The notes beneath the pieces were generated by a model, which was given only the letters and a program-made list of their open reading frames with translations, was not told the DNA's origin and did not search any database. Below, piece by piece: positions 28,112 through 38,440 of a stretch of 64,000 nt of DNA. Origin of the DNA: Candidatus Poribacteria bacterium (GTDB lineage Bacteria > Poribacteria > WGA-4E > WGA-3G); contig CBDANF010000002.1 in the NCBI GenBank assembly GCA_965197475.1, forward strand, positions 1,056,001-1,120,000, written 5' to 3'. Made by a program: the position numbers and the translations under genes. How positions within the stretch are numbered: position 1 is the first letter of the stretch; every line of letters starts with the position of its first letter.

Positions 28112-29296
28112 TTATTTGCTTAACTCCTCCAACTTTTCCGAACCAACAACCTTGATGTCTCCATTATGTTCATGAGCAAGAGAAACAAGTAAATGTGCAC
28201 CAGGGGAGTGCTGCAAATCAATCTCAAGCGCGACGACATAGATTCTTGCTTTTTTCAAGTTTTTCTCACCTATCGTGTCAAGAATCTTCTGTGTATCAGT
28301 TTCAATATCAAGCCCGTCGACTCTTGTGGGGAGTCCGTCTGTCACCAAAACGATAACAGAAGAATCAAGCACCAAAGCCTCTTCAAGCGCAACAAGGATA
28401 TTAGTCCCTAAGTTATTTTGAATGCTTTCAGGCGTGAAACTGTCAAGGTAAAACAAAGCGTGTTTCATGTTTTTTTCGTCAGCAGTTAGCAGTTTCTTAC
28501 TCATCCGATCCGCAGCGTTAGAGAAAGGAACAATATTGAAACTGTCATCACTACCGAGCATTAAAACGGAATCCGTGATGGCATTGAGAGCCAATTCCAG
28601 TTTGTTGAGACCGGCAGCCTGCATACTGGCAGACACATCAAGACAGTAAACCACATTTTGAGGACCATCAAGATCATTGAGAAATTTGATAATACCGAGA
28701 ATATCTTTGCTGCCAGGACGTCCACCACCTTCAAGGAGGCCGTCTCCGCCACCGCCCTGAGAAAGTCCACGGTATTTGCCCGTTCCGTCTCCGCGCGCGC
28801 GGACTCGTCCGGTTACTAATCCTCTACCATCAGTCTGCCCAGGTTGTGAAATAAGACGACTTAGGTTTGAAGCTTCAGCCTCCCTTAACTTTGCATCTGT
28901 CATCAAATCCGGTACTAATTCGTTTAGAGGCGCGTTATTGACTTCAACATCATGAATCACAACCCTTTCGCTCAATTTGACAACTTCGTCCCGCTCATTT
29001 TTTGCGGCATCAATCTTCTTCTGCTCCGCGTCCTTCGCGAGTTTTTGGTTCGGATCGAGACGTTTTTTTGTAAGCGGTGGTTTCGGTCTCAGCCTACGTT
29101 CCAACAGCGGATCATGCTCTTTAAATAGGTCAAAACCGAGTGCGTCTGCTTGGTCGTTCGCAATCTTGTTCAGCGGCAAGAAAATATAAACAATTGCTAC
29201 ACTCATGTGGAAAATAAGCGATAACAAAATTATTGAGCGCAACCGAGTTTTTCGTAGTTCTTTTTCAGCATACCGATCTTTCATTTCATCTAACAT
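28112..29296 (-). CDS. Membrane-anchored vWA-domain protein, paralog 1
   Basis: N-terminal TM (SLIFH), Gly-rich linker, MIDAS DVSAS, TDG. Confidence 0.82.
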   Translation of the reverse strand: MLDEMKDRYAEKELRKTRLRSIILLSLIFHMSVAIVYIFLPLNKIANDQADALGFDLFKEHDPLLERRLRPKPPLTKKRLDPNQKLAKDAEQKKIDAAKNERDEVVKLSERVVIHDVEVNNAPLNELVPDLMTDAKLREAEASNLSRLISQPGQTDGRGLVTGRVRARGDGTGKYRGLSQGGGGDGLLEGGGRPGSKDILGIIKFLNDLDGPQNVVYCLDVSASMQAAGLNKLELALNAITDSVLMLGSDDSFNIVPFSNAADRMSKKLLTADEKNMKHALFYLDSFTPESIQNNLGTNILVALEEALVLDSSVIVLVTDGLPTRVDGLDIETDTQKILDTIGEKNLKKARIYVVALEIDLQHSPGAHLLVSLAHEHNGDIKVVGSEKLEELSK

Positions 29297-29411
29297 TTTG
29301 GTTTTCTCCTGATGATTTTAATAAGATGTCAATCATTACTTTACGATGAATCATATCAACTTGTGAATTAATAAATTATTGATGACTGAGCTTTGCAGTA
29401 AAAACTAAAGC

Positions 29412-30602
29412 TCATTTTCTATACTTACGCAACTGTTCCGAACTAACAACCTTTACTTGTCCGTTGTGTTCTTGAGCAAGAGAAACAAGTAACGCAGCAC
29501 CAGCGGAGCGTTGCAAATCAATTTCAAGGGCAACGACATAGATTTTCGCGCTTTTGCGATTTATGGCACGCACAGTATCAAGAATCTTCTGCGTATTCGT
29601 TTCGATATTGTGTTCTTTGATTGCTGTAGGGAGACCGTCTGTTACCAAAACGATAACAGAAGAATCAAGCATCAAAGCATTCTCAAGAGCGGTGAGAATA
29701 TTTGTTCCTAAGTTGTCTTGAATGCTTTCCGGTGTAAAACTATCAAGGTGCCACAATGCACGTTTAACGTTAACTCCATCGGCAGGGAGCATTTTTTTAC
29801 TCATCGCTTTGGCAACCGTAGAAAACGTTACAATGTTGAAAGTATCATTAGTTCCAAGCATCCTAACTGAATTTTTGATAGAATCTATTGCCAATTCCAA
29901 CTTATTGAGACCTGCCGCCTGCATACTTGCAGAAACATCAAGGCAAAAAACAACATTTTGAGAACCATTACGGTCATTGGGTAAATCAATAATATTGGGA
30001 CCGGGAGGATCCCCGCCGCCTGGAGGCACGCTGCCTTTAGGGTGTCCATCTTTTTCGCCCTCCTGAGAATGTCCAAGGTCTTTGCCCGTTCCATCCCCAA
30101 GCACGCGGACGACATCGCTAAGAATTCCTTTGCCATCGGTCGGTCCAGTCTGTGAAACAAGACGGCTCAGGTTTGCAGCTTCCGCATCTCTTAACTGCGC
30201 TTCTGTCATTAAATCCGGCACGAAATCATGAACGGGAGCTTTATTGACTTCAACATCATGAATCAGAATCTTTTTGCTCAATTCAATAACTTCATCACGT
30301 TCGTTATTTGCGGCATCAATCTTCTTCCGTGCTGCGTCTTCGGCAAGTTCTTGGTTCTGGTCAAGATGTTTTTCGTCCATAAACGGCTTCGGTATGTTTT
30401 TCCGCTCTTGTAAAGTATGCATTTCTTTGAAGAGATCAAAAGGGAACGGACCCTCATGATTTTCGTTCAACATGTTCAAAGGCAGAGAAAGATAGACAAT
30501 GGCTATACTCAGGTGAAGTATAAGCGAGAGTAAAACTATTGAGCGCGTCCGAGTTTTACGCTGTTCTTTTTCAAAATACCGATCCTTCATTTTATCTAAC
30601 AT
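29412..30602 (-). CDS. Membrane-anchored vWA-domain protein, paralog 2
   Basis: Colinear tandem paralog of 28112-29296; DVSAS, TDG. Confidence 0.82.
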   Translation of the reverse strand: MLDKMKDRYFEKEQRKTRTRSIVLLSLILHLSIAIVYLSLPLNMLNENHEGPFPFDLFKEMHTLQERKNIPKPFMDEKHLDQNQELAEDAARKKIDAANNERDEVIELSKKILIHDVEVNKAPVHDFVPDLMTEAQLRDAEAANLSRLVSQTGPTDGKGILSDVVRVLGDGTGKDLGHSQEGEKDGHPKGSVPPGGGDPPGPNIIDLPNDRNGSQNVVFCLDVSASMQAAGLNKLELAIDSIKNSVRMLGTNDTFNIVTFSTVAKAMSKKMLPADGVNVKRALWHLDSFTPESIQDNLGTNILTALENALMLDSSVIVLVTDGLPTAIKEHNIETNTQKILDTVRAINRKSAKIYVVALEIDLQRSAGAALLVSLAQEHNGQVKVVSSEQLRKYRK

Positions 30603-30640
30603 CGGGTTTCTCCTATTAATTTTAGTAAAGATTTCAATCA

Positions 30641-31150
30641 TTACTTTGAAGAAAGCCTTTCAAAGGCATCAATCCAATGGTTACCTTCAGGTGTCAATTC
30701 ATAATATGTATGGTTACGATGTTTAATCCATTTACCTTTAACAATATTTTTGCGGTAGTGAATGATACGTCCTTCTACACGTTTCAAACCTCCGAGTTCC
30801 TTCAGCTTGCGATGCCGTTGATGCATCTCTTCAAGTGGAATTCTTAAGGTTTCCGCAACGACTATTGAATAGTCCATCCCTAATTCTTGATGATGCTTTA
30901 GTATATAGTAATCGATTTCATCTAATTCCGCAACCTCAGATGGAATATCTTGTGAAGTATCAGGGATTTTGGATTTATGAATCTCATCCCACGATACATC
31001 CAGTAACCTTTCTGTTCTCAAACCGGGAACTGCTGAACATGACGTGTCGTGGACAGCAATTGTGCCATCCTCCTTGAAATAACCGATAATCGGGGTGTCC
31101 TCTTCAGGTGCACAACACTTAGTAATTTTATAAGTGAGTTCATCTACCAT
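30641..31150 (-). CDS. RelA/SpoT RIS(ZFD)-like domain fused to DUF2250-like winged helix
   Basis: KCCAP..DTPIIGY...G.IAVH..SC...ERLLDVSW, then LKHH..LGMDY...IPLEE...KHRNHTYYELTPEG. Confidence 0.65.
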   Translation of the reverse strand: MVDELTYKITKCCAPEEDTPIIGYFKEDGTIAVHDTSCSAVPGLRTERLLDVSWDEIHKSKIPDTSQDIPSEVAELDEIDYYILKHHQELGMDYSIVVAETLRIPLEEMHQRHRKLKELGGLKRVEGRIIHYRKNIVKGKWIKHRNHTYYELTPEGNHWIDAFERLSSK

Positions 31151-31191
31151 TTCCCTACGACCCTAAAACTTACATTGGATAAGATTGAGAT

Positions 31192-32466
31192 TCAGATTCG
31201 CGATATCGCCCGATACCCGATGTCGTTACGCCAATGTGCATCATCAAAATGAATAACAGAAACACCGCGATATGCCCGTTCAATAGCCGATTTTAGATCA
31301 TCTGCAATTGCAGTGACTCCTAACACACGACCACCCGCTGTGACCACGTTTTCTCCATCCTGTTCTGTTCCCGCATGAAAAACGGTAACACCATCGATTG
31401 ATGCGGCTTCTGCTAAACCCGTGATAATTTTTCCCGTCTGGTATGGGTTTGGATACCCTCCTGAAGCCATGACAACGCATGCTGCCGCCTCAGTGTGCCA
31501 TTCAACATCAGCGTGTTCGTCAAGCGTCCCATCAATACATGCCATCAACAATGGCACCAAATCGCTTTTGAGACGAGGTAAGAGAACTTGTGTCTCAGGG
31601 TCTCCGAAACGACAGTTGAACTCCAGCACTTTTGGCCCCGCATCTGTAATCATCAATCCAACGTATAACACGCCTTTGAATGGACACCCAATATCTGCCA
31701 TCCCCTTGATAGTCGGATAAACAACGCGTTCCATTACATAGTCGTGCAGTTCAGGTGTCATAACAGGTGCGGGAGAATACGCTCCCATTCCACCGGTATT
31801 CTTGCCGGTATCCCCATCATGCGACATCTTGTGATCTTGCGAACTGACAAATGGCAAACAATAAGTTCCATCAACAAGGACAGTAAACGAGGTTTCTTCG
31901 CCAATTAACTCCTCCTCAATCACAGCACTATTTCCTGCTTCCCCAAATGCCTTGTCAACTAAAATTGTTTTTACTGCCTGCATTGCTTCAGCGATAGTGC
32001 GGCCTGGAATTACGCCTTTGCCAGCGGCGAGTCCATCTGCTTTGACAAAAACAGAGGTGTTGCTCGTTTTGATATAGGCTATTGCTTCATCAGCATCAAC
32101 AAACGTTCGATACACTGCTGTCGGTATGTCGTTTTTCACCATCAACTGTTTGGCAAAATCCTTACTCCCTTCAAGCCGTGCAGCTTGTCTATCCGGACCG
32201 AACGCTTTCAAGCCGCGTTCACGAAACGTATCAGCGATACCCGCTGCTAAAGGGGCTTCAGGACCGACGACCGTTAAGTCAATGTTTTCGGATTCAGCCC
32301 AGTTTGCGAGTTGGGCAAAATCATCCCTCATCGGAATAGGTTCTGCGATTTGAGCGATGCCTGCGTTCCCAGGTGCACAGTAAATTTTTTCGACGAGTGG
32401 ACTCTGCGCAATCTTCCAAACGAGGGTATGTTCGCGACCTCCCTGTCCAATAACCAAAATTTTCAA
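31192..32466 (-). CDS. purD: Phosphoribosylamine-glycine ligase
   Basis: GGREH, APGNAGI, VKADGLAAGKGV, NTGGMGAYSP, EFNCRFGDPETQ. Confidence 0.97.
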   Translation of the reverse strand: MKILVIGQGGREHTLVWKIAQSPLVEKIYCAPGNAGIAQIAEPIPMRDDFAQLANWAESENIDLTVVGPEAPLAAGIADTFRERGLKAFGPDRQAARLEGSKDFAKQLMVKNDIPTAVYRTFVDADEAIAYIKTSNTSVFVKADGLAAGKGVIPGRTIAEAMQAVKTILVDKAFGEAGNSAVIEEELIGEETSFTVLVDGTYCLPFVSSQDHKMSHDGDTGKNTGGMGAYSPAPVMTPELHDYVMERVVYPTIKGMADIGCPFKGVLYVGLMITDAGPKVLEFNCRFGDPETQVLLPRLKSDLVPLLMACIDGTLDEHADVEWHTEAAACVVMASGGYPNPYQTGKIITGLAEAASIDGVTVFHAGTEQDGENVVTAGGRVLGVTAIADDLKSAIERAYRGVSVIHFDDAHWRNDIGYRAISRI

Positions 32467-32784
32467 CGTGATGTCCTTATCAGTCTATTATACGAACTTC
32501 CAAATATGGAACAATTTTCAGGATTATAACTACAGCAGTTGCCCTTCAAGAAGGCGAGAATTTTATCAAGAGATTGTAAAACTTTTATTTTTCTGCTTAA
32601 AACAATATTTTAACAAAGTTTCGTCAACAATTCAACAAAAAACTTCGTTAGAAGATATCAGCGTTTCAGCACAAGGCTTTTGAAACGAAACGCACCTCAT
32701 TGCTGCTATCCTATTGTCAAATTTCAAGACCTTGTGCTACAATAGTGTTCAGTAATAGAAAACCACTTCCCATAGGAGGGTTAT

Positions 32785-33912
32785 ATGAAAATTGACAAAA
32801 TAGAATCGTTTTTCATTGGAAACGGTTATGTGATCAGGATTCATACGGATACCGGTATTAGCGGTATCGGTCAGACAGCGTGTTGGGGATATCCAGAGGC
32901 AGTTGAAAAGATTGTGAATACCTTTGAAAGATATCTCATCGGTCAGAATCCGATGCGCATTGAACATCACTGGCAATATCTCTACCGAATGGGTCCATTT
33001 AGAGGCACCGCATTGAGTGGGGCTATCAGTGCGGTTGACATTGCATTGTGGGATATCAAGGGTAAACATCTCGGTGTACCGATTTGGGAATTGTTAGGTG
33101 GAAACTGTCGAGATAAAATCCGATTGCACTTACTCGGTGGCGGAAGCACTCCAGAAACGATGTTTGAAGCGGCAAAAGCTGCTATAGAGGAAGGTTTTAC
33201 CGCGCTGAAGTTTGATCCGTTGGTCGGAAATTATCAGGATATGGCATTAGATCGGCTTGTGAAAACAGCGCGAGACCTCGTCGCTGCCGCAAGAGAAGGC
33301 GGGGGACCTGATCTTGATCTAATAGTTGAGGTGCATCGGAAACTGACACCGATGAACAGTATCGTATTGGAGTCGGCTTTGGCACCTTTCAATCTCTATT
33401 TCATTGAAGACCCGATTCAGATAGATACGATCACAACGCAAGCCGAATTAGCAAAGCGGATGACAAGTCCTGTCGGAAATGGTGAACGACTAACAACAAT
33501 CTGGGAATTCCGCGAACTTCTGGCAGCAGGGGGTCCTCAATATGTGCGTCCTGATGTTGGATTAGCAGGCGGTTTAACACACTGCAAAAAGATTGCTGCG
33601 ATTGCGGAGGCATACCACAGCGCGGTTGTCACACATAACTTCCTTGGCCCACTGATAACTGCTGCTTCGCTTCATTTAGATGCAAGCATTCCAAACTTTA
33701 TTACACAGGAATATACCAAAGGGGACGAATCGGATGCTTTTGCTGTCTACAAAGTTGCATATCAGCGAGAAGGTGGCTACATTCCGATTCCAGAAGTGCC
33801 TGGCTTAGGTGTTGAACTTGACGATAGTTTAATTGAAAAAACACCTTTTCAACCGATGAATACTGGGACAACACCTTTGCGTGAAGACGGTTCCGTTGCT
33901 TATGCGGTGTAA
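32785..33912 (+). CDS. Mandelate racemase/galactonate dehydratase-like enolase superfamily enzyme
   Basis: AISAVDIALWDIKGK, EVH, FIEDP, GERL, VRPD, PGLGVE. Confidence 0.88.
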   Translation: MKIDKIESFFIGNGYVIRIHTDTGISGIGQTACWGYPEAVEKIVNTFERYLIGQNPMRIEHHWQYLYRMGPFRGTALSGAISAVDIALWDIKGKHLGVPIWELLGGNCRDKIRLHLLGGGSTPETMFEAAKAAIEEGFTALKFDPLVGNYQDMALDRLVKTARDLVAAAREGGGPDLDLIVEVHRKLTPMNSIVLESALAPFNLYFIEDPIQIDTITTQAELAKRMTSPVGNGERLTTIWEFRELLAAGGPQYVRPDVGLAGGLTHCKKIAAIAEAYHSAVVTHNFLGPLITAASLHLDASIPNFITQEYTKGDESDAFAVYKVAYQREGGYIPIPEVPGLGVELDDSLIEKTPFQPMNTGTTPLREDGSVAYAV

Positions 33913-33986
33913 AATAGTGGCATGATAGGGCTGAGGCATATAGGCATTGCCTACAAAAATGGTGTGCAAAGTACAGGAGATAAAAG

Positions 33987-34787
33987 ATGAATGCTGATGA
34001 AAAATATCTATTTGATCTGAACGGTTATCTTATTGTAAAAAATGTGTTGTCACCAGAAGAGGTCGCATTAGCGAACGAGGCAATTGAAAAACATAGTGAA
34101 AACCTGCGTGTGCGTCCGCGTGAGCAAACGCTTGATGGGGGCTCTGAAGAATTAAGTGGGGAACGCGGTAGAGGGGAACGCGGCGGGATGCTCGGATGGG
34201 AGGAACCGTGGTGTAATCCGTTTCGGCACATGTTAGCACACCCTACACTTGTCCCATATCTCAATGTTATTTTGGGAAAAGGTTTCCGAATGGACCATCA
34301 AATGTTTCTCATCACGATGGATAAAGGGGCAGAAGGCTTTATTTTTCACGGGTCATCAGGCCCTGGGTTTGATCCGAATCAGTACTATATCTTTCGCGAT
34401 GGAAGGATGCACAACGGCTTGACTGTTGTCACATTTCAACTCACCGATGTGCCACCCGGTGCTGGTGGACTGATTGTTATACCGGGCAGCCATAAGAGTA
34501 ACTACCCTTGTCCACAAGAGATGCGTCTTTATCAGAAACATCAGGAACACATCCGTCAGCTTGTCTGTGATGCTGGCGATGCGATTATTTTTACTGAGGC
34601 AGTGACGCACGGGACGCTTCCGTGGACAGCAGACCATCCACGACGTTCAATTTTAACGCGTTACACTGCAGGTAATATGGCGTATGTACCTGCATATCCG
34701 GTGCCAGAATGGGCAAATGAACGGCAGCGCGCGGTTATGGAACCCCCATATCATTCTCGATTGAATCGTCCGACTTTGGATGAGTGA
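33987..34787 (+). CDS. Phytanoyl-CoA dioxygenase (PhyH) family protein
   Basis: FDLNGYLIVKNVL, IPGSHK, AGDAIIF.EA..HGT. Confidence 0.85.
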   Translation: MNADEKYLFDLNGYLIVKNVLSPEEVALANEAIEKHSENLRVRPREQTLDGGSEELSGERGRGERGGMLGWEEPWCNPFRHMLAHPTLVPYLNVILGKGFRMDHQMFLITMDKGAEGFIFHGSSGPGFDPNQYYIFRDGRMHNGLTVVTFQLTDVPPGAGGLIVIPGSHKSNYPCPQEMRLYQKHQEHIRQLVCDAGDAIIFTEAVTHGTLPWTADHPRRSILTRYTAGNMAYVPAYPVPEWANERQRAVMEPPYHSRLNRPTLDE

Positions 34788-34904
34788 TCCAATTAACGCA
34801 TTTCGTCCTGTCTTTGCAACCGATGCATGGACAAGCACACAGACCGGTCACTATAAAGTATAGTAAAATACCAGAATGTTTAACTTACTACAAAAGGAAT
34901 ATCT

Positions 34905-35969
34905 ATGATGTCATCTTCAACAAGTGCGATTTTCGGTCTAATTTTTTTAGGATTAGCGAACGCTTCCGTTTTCTTGATGTTTAAATTATGGGGTTACCCG
35001 TTTAACAAGGAAACACATAAAAGTGAAGCACCCCGATCATTGGTGCTGCTGCATCGGTGCCTCGGTTATGCGTATGCAATACTCTATGTTTTTATGATGT
35101 GGTACATGGTGCCGCGCTTGTGGAACTACCAAGTGGAATTACCACCCCGCACTGTTGCACACTTGATGCTCGGTATTACTATCGGTGTGCTGATCCTGGT
35201 CAAGGTCGCTATCCTTCGATTTTTTCGGCATTTTGAGGAATCGATGCCGTATATCGGTGTATCCTTACTTATTTGCACCTATCTGTTGATAGGGTTATCA
35301 GTCCCATTCACATTCCGTGAAACTGTGCTTCGGACCCAAACACGAGCATATAGCGATGAAGGGATTGCGAGGACACGTCAATTGATTGAAACGGCTGAGT
35401 TACCGGCGGAGGCACCACTTGACGAACTTGCTTCAAAACGAAAACTGCGGGAAGGTCAACGTGTGTTGCAACACAAATGTGTTGTCTGCCACGATTTGCG
35501 TACGATTCTCGTCAAGCCACGCACACCACCAGATTGGGTGCGCTTAGTTCATCGCATGGCGATAAAACCCGTAATCGGTGAACCGATCACCCAAACAGAG
35601 GAATGGAGCGTCTCCACATATCTGATTGCAATCACACCCGACATCAAGACTGCAGTCAAACAGCAACGTGAAGAAAAGATGCGGGCCGATGAAGCAAAAG
35701 CAGCTCTTCAAATTGCGTCCACTACAATGGCAGATGAATCAACAACAATTGCAACAGCAGACAGCTACGATGAGGTGGGAGCAAAAGCACTCTTTGAGGA
35801 TAAATGCTCACAATGTCATGACCTATCCGATGCTATAGATTTTCCTCCACATTCTAAAGAGGAAACAACAGAGATTATCACTCGTATGATTGACAATGGA
35901 CTATATCTTGAAGAGGAAGATATTGAGTTGATTACGCGTTATATGAATGAAAACATTCTTGTAGAATGA
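34905..35969 (+). CDS. Membrane-bound dihaem c-type cytochrome
   Basis: Four N-terminal TM helices containing His; CVVCH and CSQCH. Confidence 0.78.
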   Translation: MMSSSTSAIFGLIFLGLANASVFLMFKLWGYPFNKETHKSEAPRSLVLLHRCLGYAYAILYVFMMWYMVPRLWNYQVELPPRTVAHLMLGITIGVLILVKVAILRFFRHFEESMPYIGVSLLICTYLLIGLSVPFTFRETVLRTQTRAYSDEGIARTRQLIETAELPAEAPLDELASKRKLREGQRVLQHKCVVCHDLRTILVKPRTPPDWVRLVHRMAIKPVIGEPITQTEEWSVSTYLIAITPDIKTAVKQQREEKMRADEAKAALQIASTTMADESTTIATADSYDEVGAKALFEDKCSQCHDLSDAIDFPPHSKEETTEIITRMIDNGLYLEEEDIELITRYMNENILVE

Positions 35970-36008
35970 TTGTCATTACACTCATCGGAATATCATGGAG
36001 GACAAAAA

Positions 36009-36452
36009 ATGAAAACTTTTACACTTTCATCAGAGCACCTGATTAAAAAGCCCCTGGATGAGGTTTTTTCATTTTTTTCTGATGCACATAATCTAACAGA
36101 GATTACACCGCCACGGATGCATTTAGTAGTACTTACACCTCGTCCGATTGAGATGGAGGTTGGTACACGAATAGACTACCGTTTGAAACTTCGTGGTATT
36201 CCTATCCGATGGCAGAGCGAAATAACAGAATGGAATCCACCGCATTTTTTCGCAGATGAACAACGTAGGGGACCCTATCGCTGCTGGATACATAAGCACA
36301 CATTTGTTGAAACTGATGAGGGAACACTTGTAGGGGACGAGATAGAATATGCTGTGCCGGGAGGACAACTGATTAACAAACTTTTTGTTCGACCAGATAT
36401 AGAAAATATTTTTGAATATCGATCGGAAAAACTAAAGGAATTACTGAATTAA
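36009..36452 (+). CDS. SRPBCC/polyketide cyclase family protein
   Basis: VFSFFSDAHNL..ITPP, F.DEQ..GPY..W.H.H.F. Confidence 0.85.
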   Translation: MKTFTLSSEHLIKKPLDEVFSFFSDAHNLTEITPPRMHLVVLTPRPIEMEVGTRIDYRLKLRGIPIRWQSEITEWNPPHFFADEQRRGPYRCWIHKHTFVETDEGTLVGDEIEYAVPGGQLINKLFVRPDIENIFEYRSEKLKELLN

Positions 36453-36662
36453 GTGTGCAACAAATGACGAAAACGCCCAAAATTGTCCGAATCTCAAAAA
36501 AAATTTGACATTTTTTGAGACTTACAAGTATAATATATGTACGTTAGGTAAAAGAAGACGATACGTGTGACATGGTTTGTAATAAATAACGTTGTTGACT
36601 ATATTTTTGCATAGGGAGATTTATTTACAGAAAAAATTAAACTGCTTCCAACTAAAGAAACT

Positions 36663-36756
36663 GGCTCATGTAAAGAATGAGTGCTAATGAAAAAGTTAAA
36701 CCCATGTGGCCACTGCGTTCATTGAAAACAACAGCACACATTCTTATACATGAGCG
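36663..36756 (+). mobile_element. MITE family A, solo copy 3
   Basis: Same ends as copies 1 and 2; 8-bp direct repeat AAGAAACT at 36655-36662 and 36757-36764. Confidence 0.9.
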
Positions 36757-36904
36757 AAGAAACTTTTTATTGTCTTTGCGGGTGCTGCTGTTTTGTGTAA
36801 CACGCAAGCGAATGAACACAATACAGAATCCACCCGCTTATCCAAACATTGGAGATTACCACCTGCCCACAACGCAGGAAACCACCAATAAAGGAGAAAC
36901 GGAT

Positions 36905-38381
36905 ATGATGACATTCATAAAAGACTATTGGAAATCTTCTCTACTCGGTGCACTTGGCGCACTCGTGTTACTCTATATCGGACTTTTTATTTACGATGGA
37001 CTGACCCCGAGCGCAACACAAGAAGTAGTAGATACAGACACCCACAACGCCGCAAAACCACCTCCATCCGGTGCAAGACTTGCCGCGCGTATCTACCCCT
37101 CGAATCAAACGCGTGCGTACCAAGACAAATACCCGCCAAAACCGTGCACTGAAGAACATTGGACCTATCCTCCCCATTACATGTGCCATTCCTGCACCAC
37201 CACCACTCCCAACAGATGTCAAGACGCGCCTTATACAGCTACGGCGGAAAATGGTTGTTGCAGGAACATATTACGAGATACGAGATGGTGAAAAAGTTAT
37301 AACTGAGGCAGCATACAAAAGAAGGTATGACGTTCTCGTCGGCGATATGGAACCAGAGGATGCTGTCAACTTCCTTGAAACACACAGAATCTATAACCCC
37401 ATCATTTTGGACAAACTGGAACCTCGCCGTGCCATTGACTACTTCTATAAGGTGATGGTGCCTCAGAAAGAGAGAGAAGCTTACGCAAGAGGTGTTCTTG
37501 CCAGAGCCCCAGACAACCCGGATGCCCAAATGGTGCTGCTAAGTGCAGAACCGGATAACGCGACAGCGGCTGCGGGATACCGTAATATTGTCGCGAAGGA
37601 TCCTGAGAACTACCGTGCACGCAACGCATTAGGATACCGACTGCATTACGATCATCCAGAGGAGGCAATTCAGCACCTAAAGAAAGCGAACAACTTCAAC
37701 TCTGCAATCGGGTTTTTTAGTCTGGGATTGGCGTACGAACGACTCGGTGATGTCAAAACCGCATGGCTCTACTACAGAAAGCAGCAAACGATAAAGAACG
37801 GTGATCTCGTTGAAATACACAAACGGGCGATTGAAATGGGCAACCCGTTGTATAAGCCAATTTCGCAAACATCTTCCCCGATACCAGAATCCGATGCGAC
37901 ACCATTAGATATCGGGACATCACCACACGAAGAAACGTTCACTCCGGTGGCAGAAGAAACCCCTTGGTTACCGGAACTCTCATCCCAGGAACGCCACCCA
38001 TCGGAAAATCAACTGACAGACAAGGATAGCCAAAAAGCCACACGTGCAGAAGCCGTACGTGCAGAATTTCAACGACAGCAAGCCGCCGCACAACAGGAGC
38101 TTGACGATTTCCTGAAATGGGCGGAAAGCATCATGAATGCGGAAGATACTAATAACCTTGATGACTTCCTATCCAAGGAATTTGCGGCACACCTCAACGG
38201 CGGTGATGCACAATTTGCCCCGGAACGCACTGTCCGTGCCTACGAAATGATTGAACGGTACGGTCCTAAAGAGGGTTTACAACGGCTTAAGGAAAAGGAC
38301 CCTGAACTTGCGGAACAGATGGAACGTCTCATTGAAGCAAAACAACCATCTCGCCGTAATAACTCGCAAAACAGAAAATGA
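36905..38381 (+). pseudogene. Membrane-anchored TPR protein with one frameshift (or a sequence error)
   Basis: RBS AAGGAG, ATG 36905 and TM anchor in one frame; TPR-containing body (ARNALGY, FSLGLAYE) open from 37032 in the +1 frame. Confidence 0.6.
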
Positions 38382-38440
38382 AGAATGTCCCAGTGTTTTA
38401 GATTTAACCATAAACCCATCATAGAAAAAAGGAGATTCAA

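Noticed and set aside
36677-36904. N-terminal extension of ORF 36677-37291
   Set aside because: It starts within MITE A; a strong RBS precedes ATG 36905.
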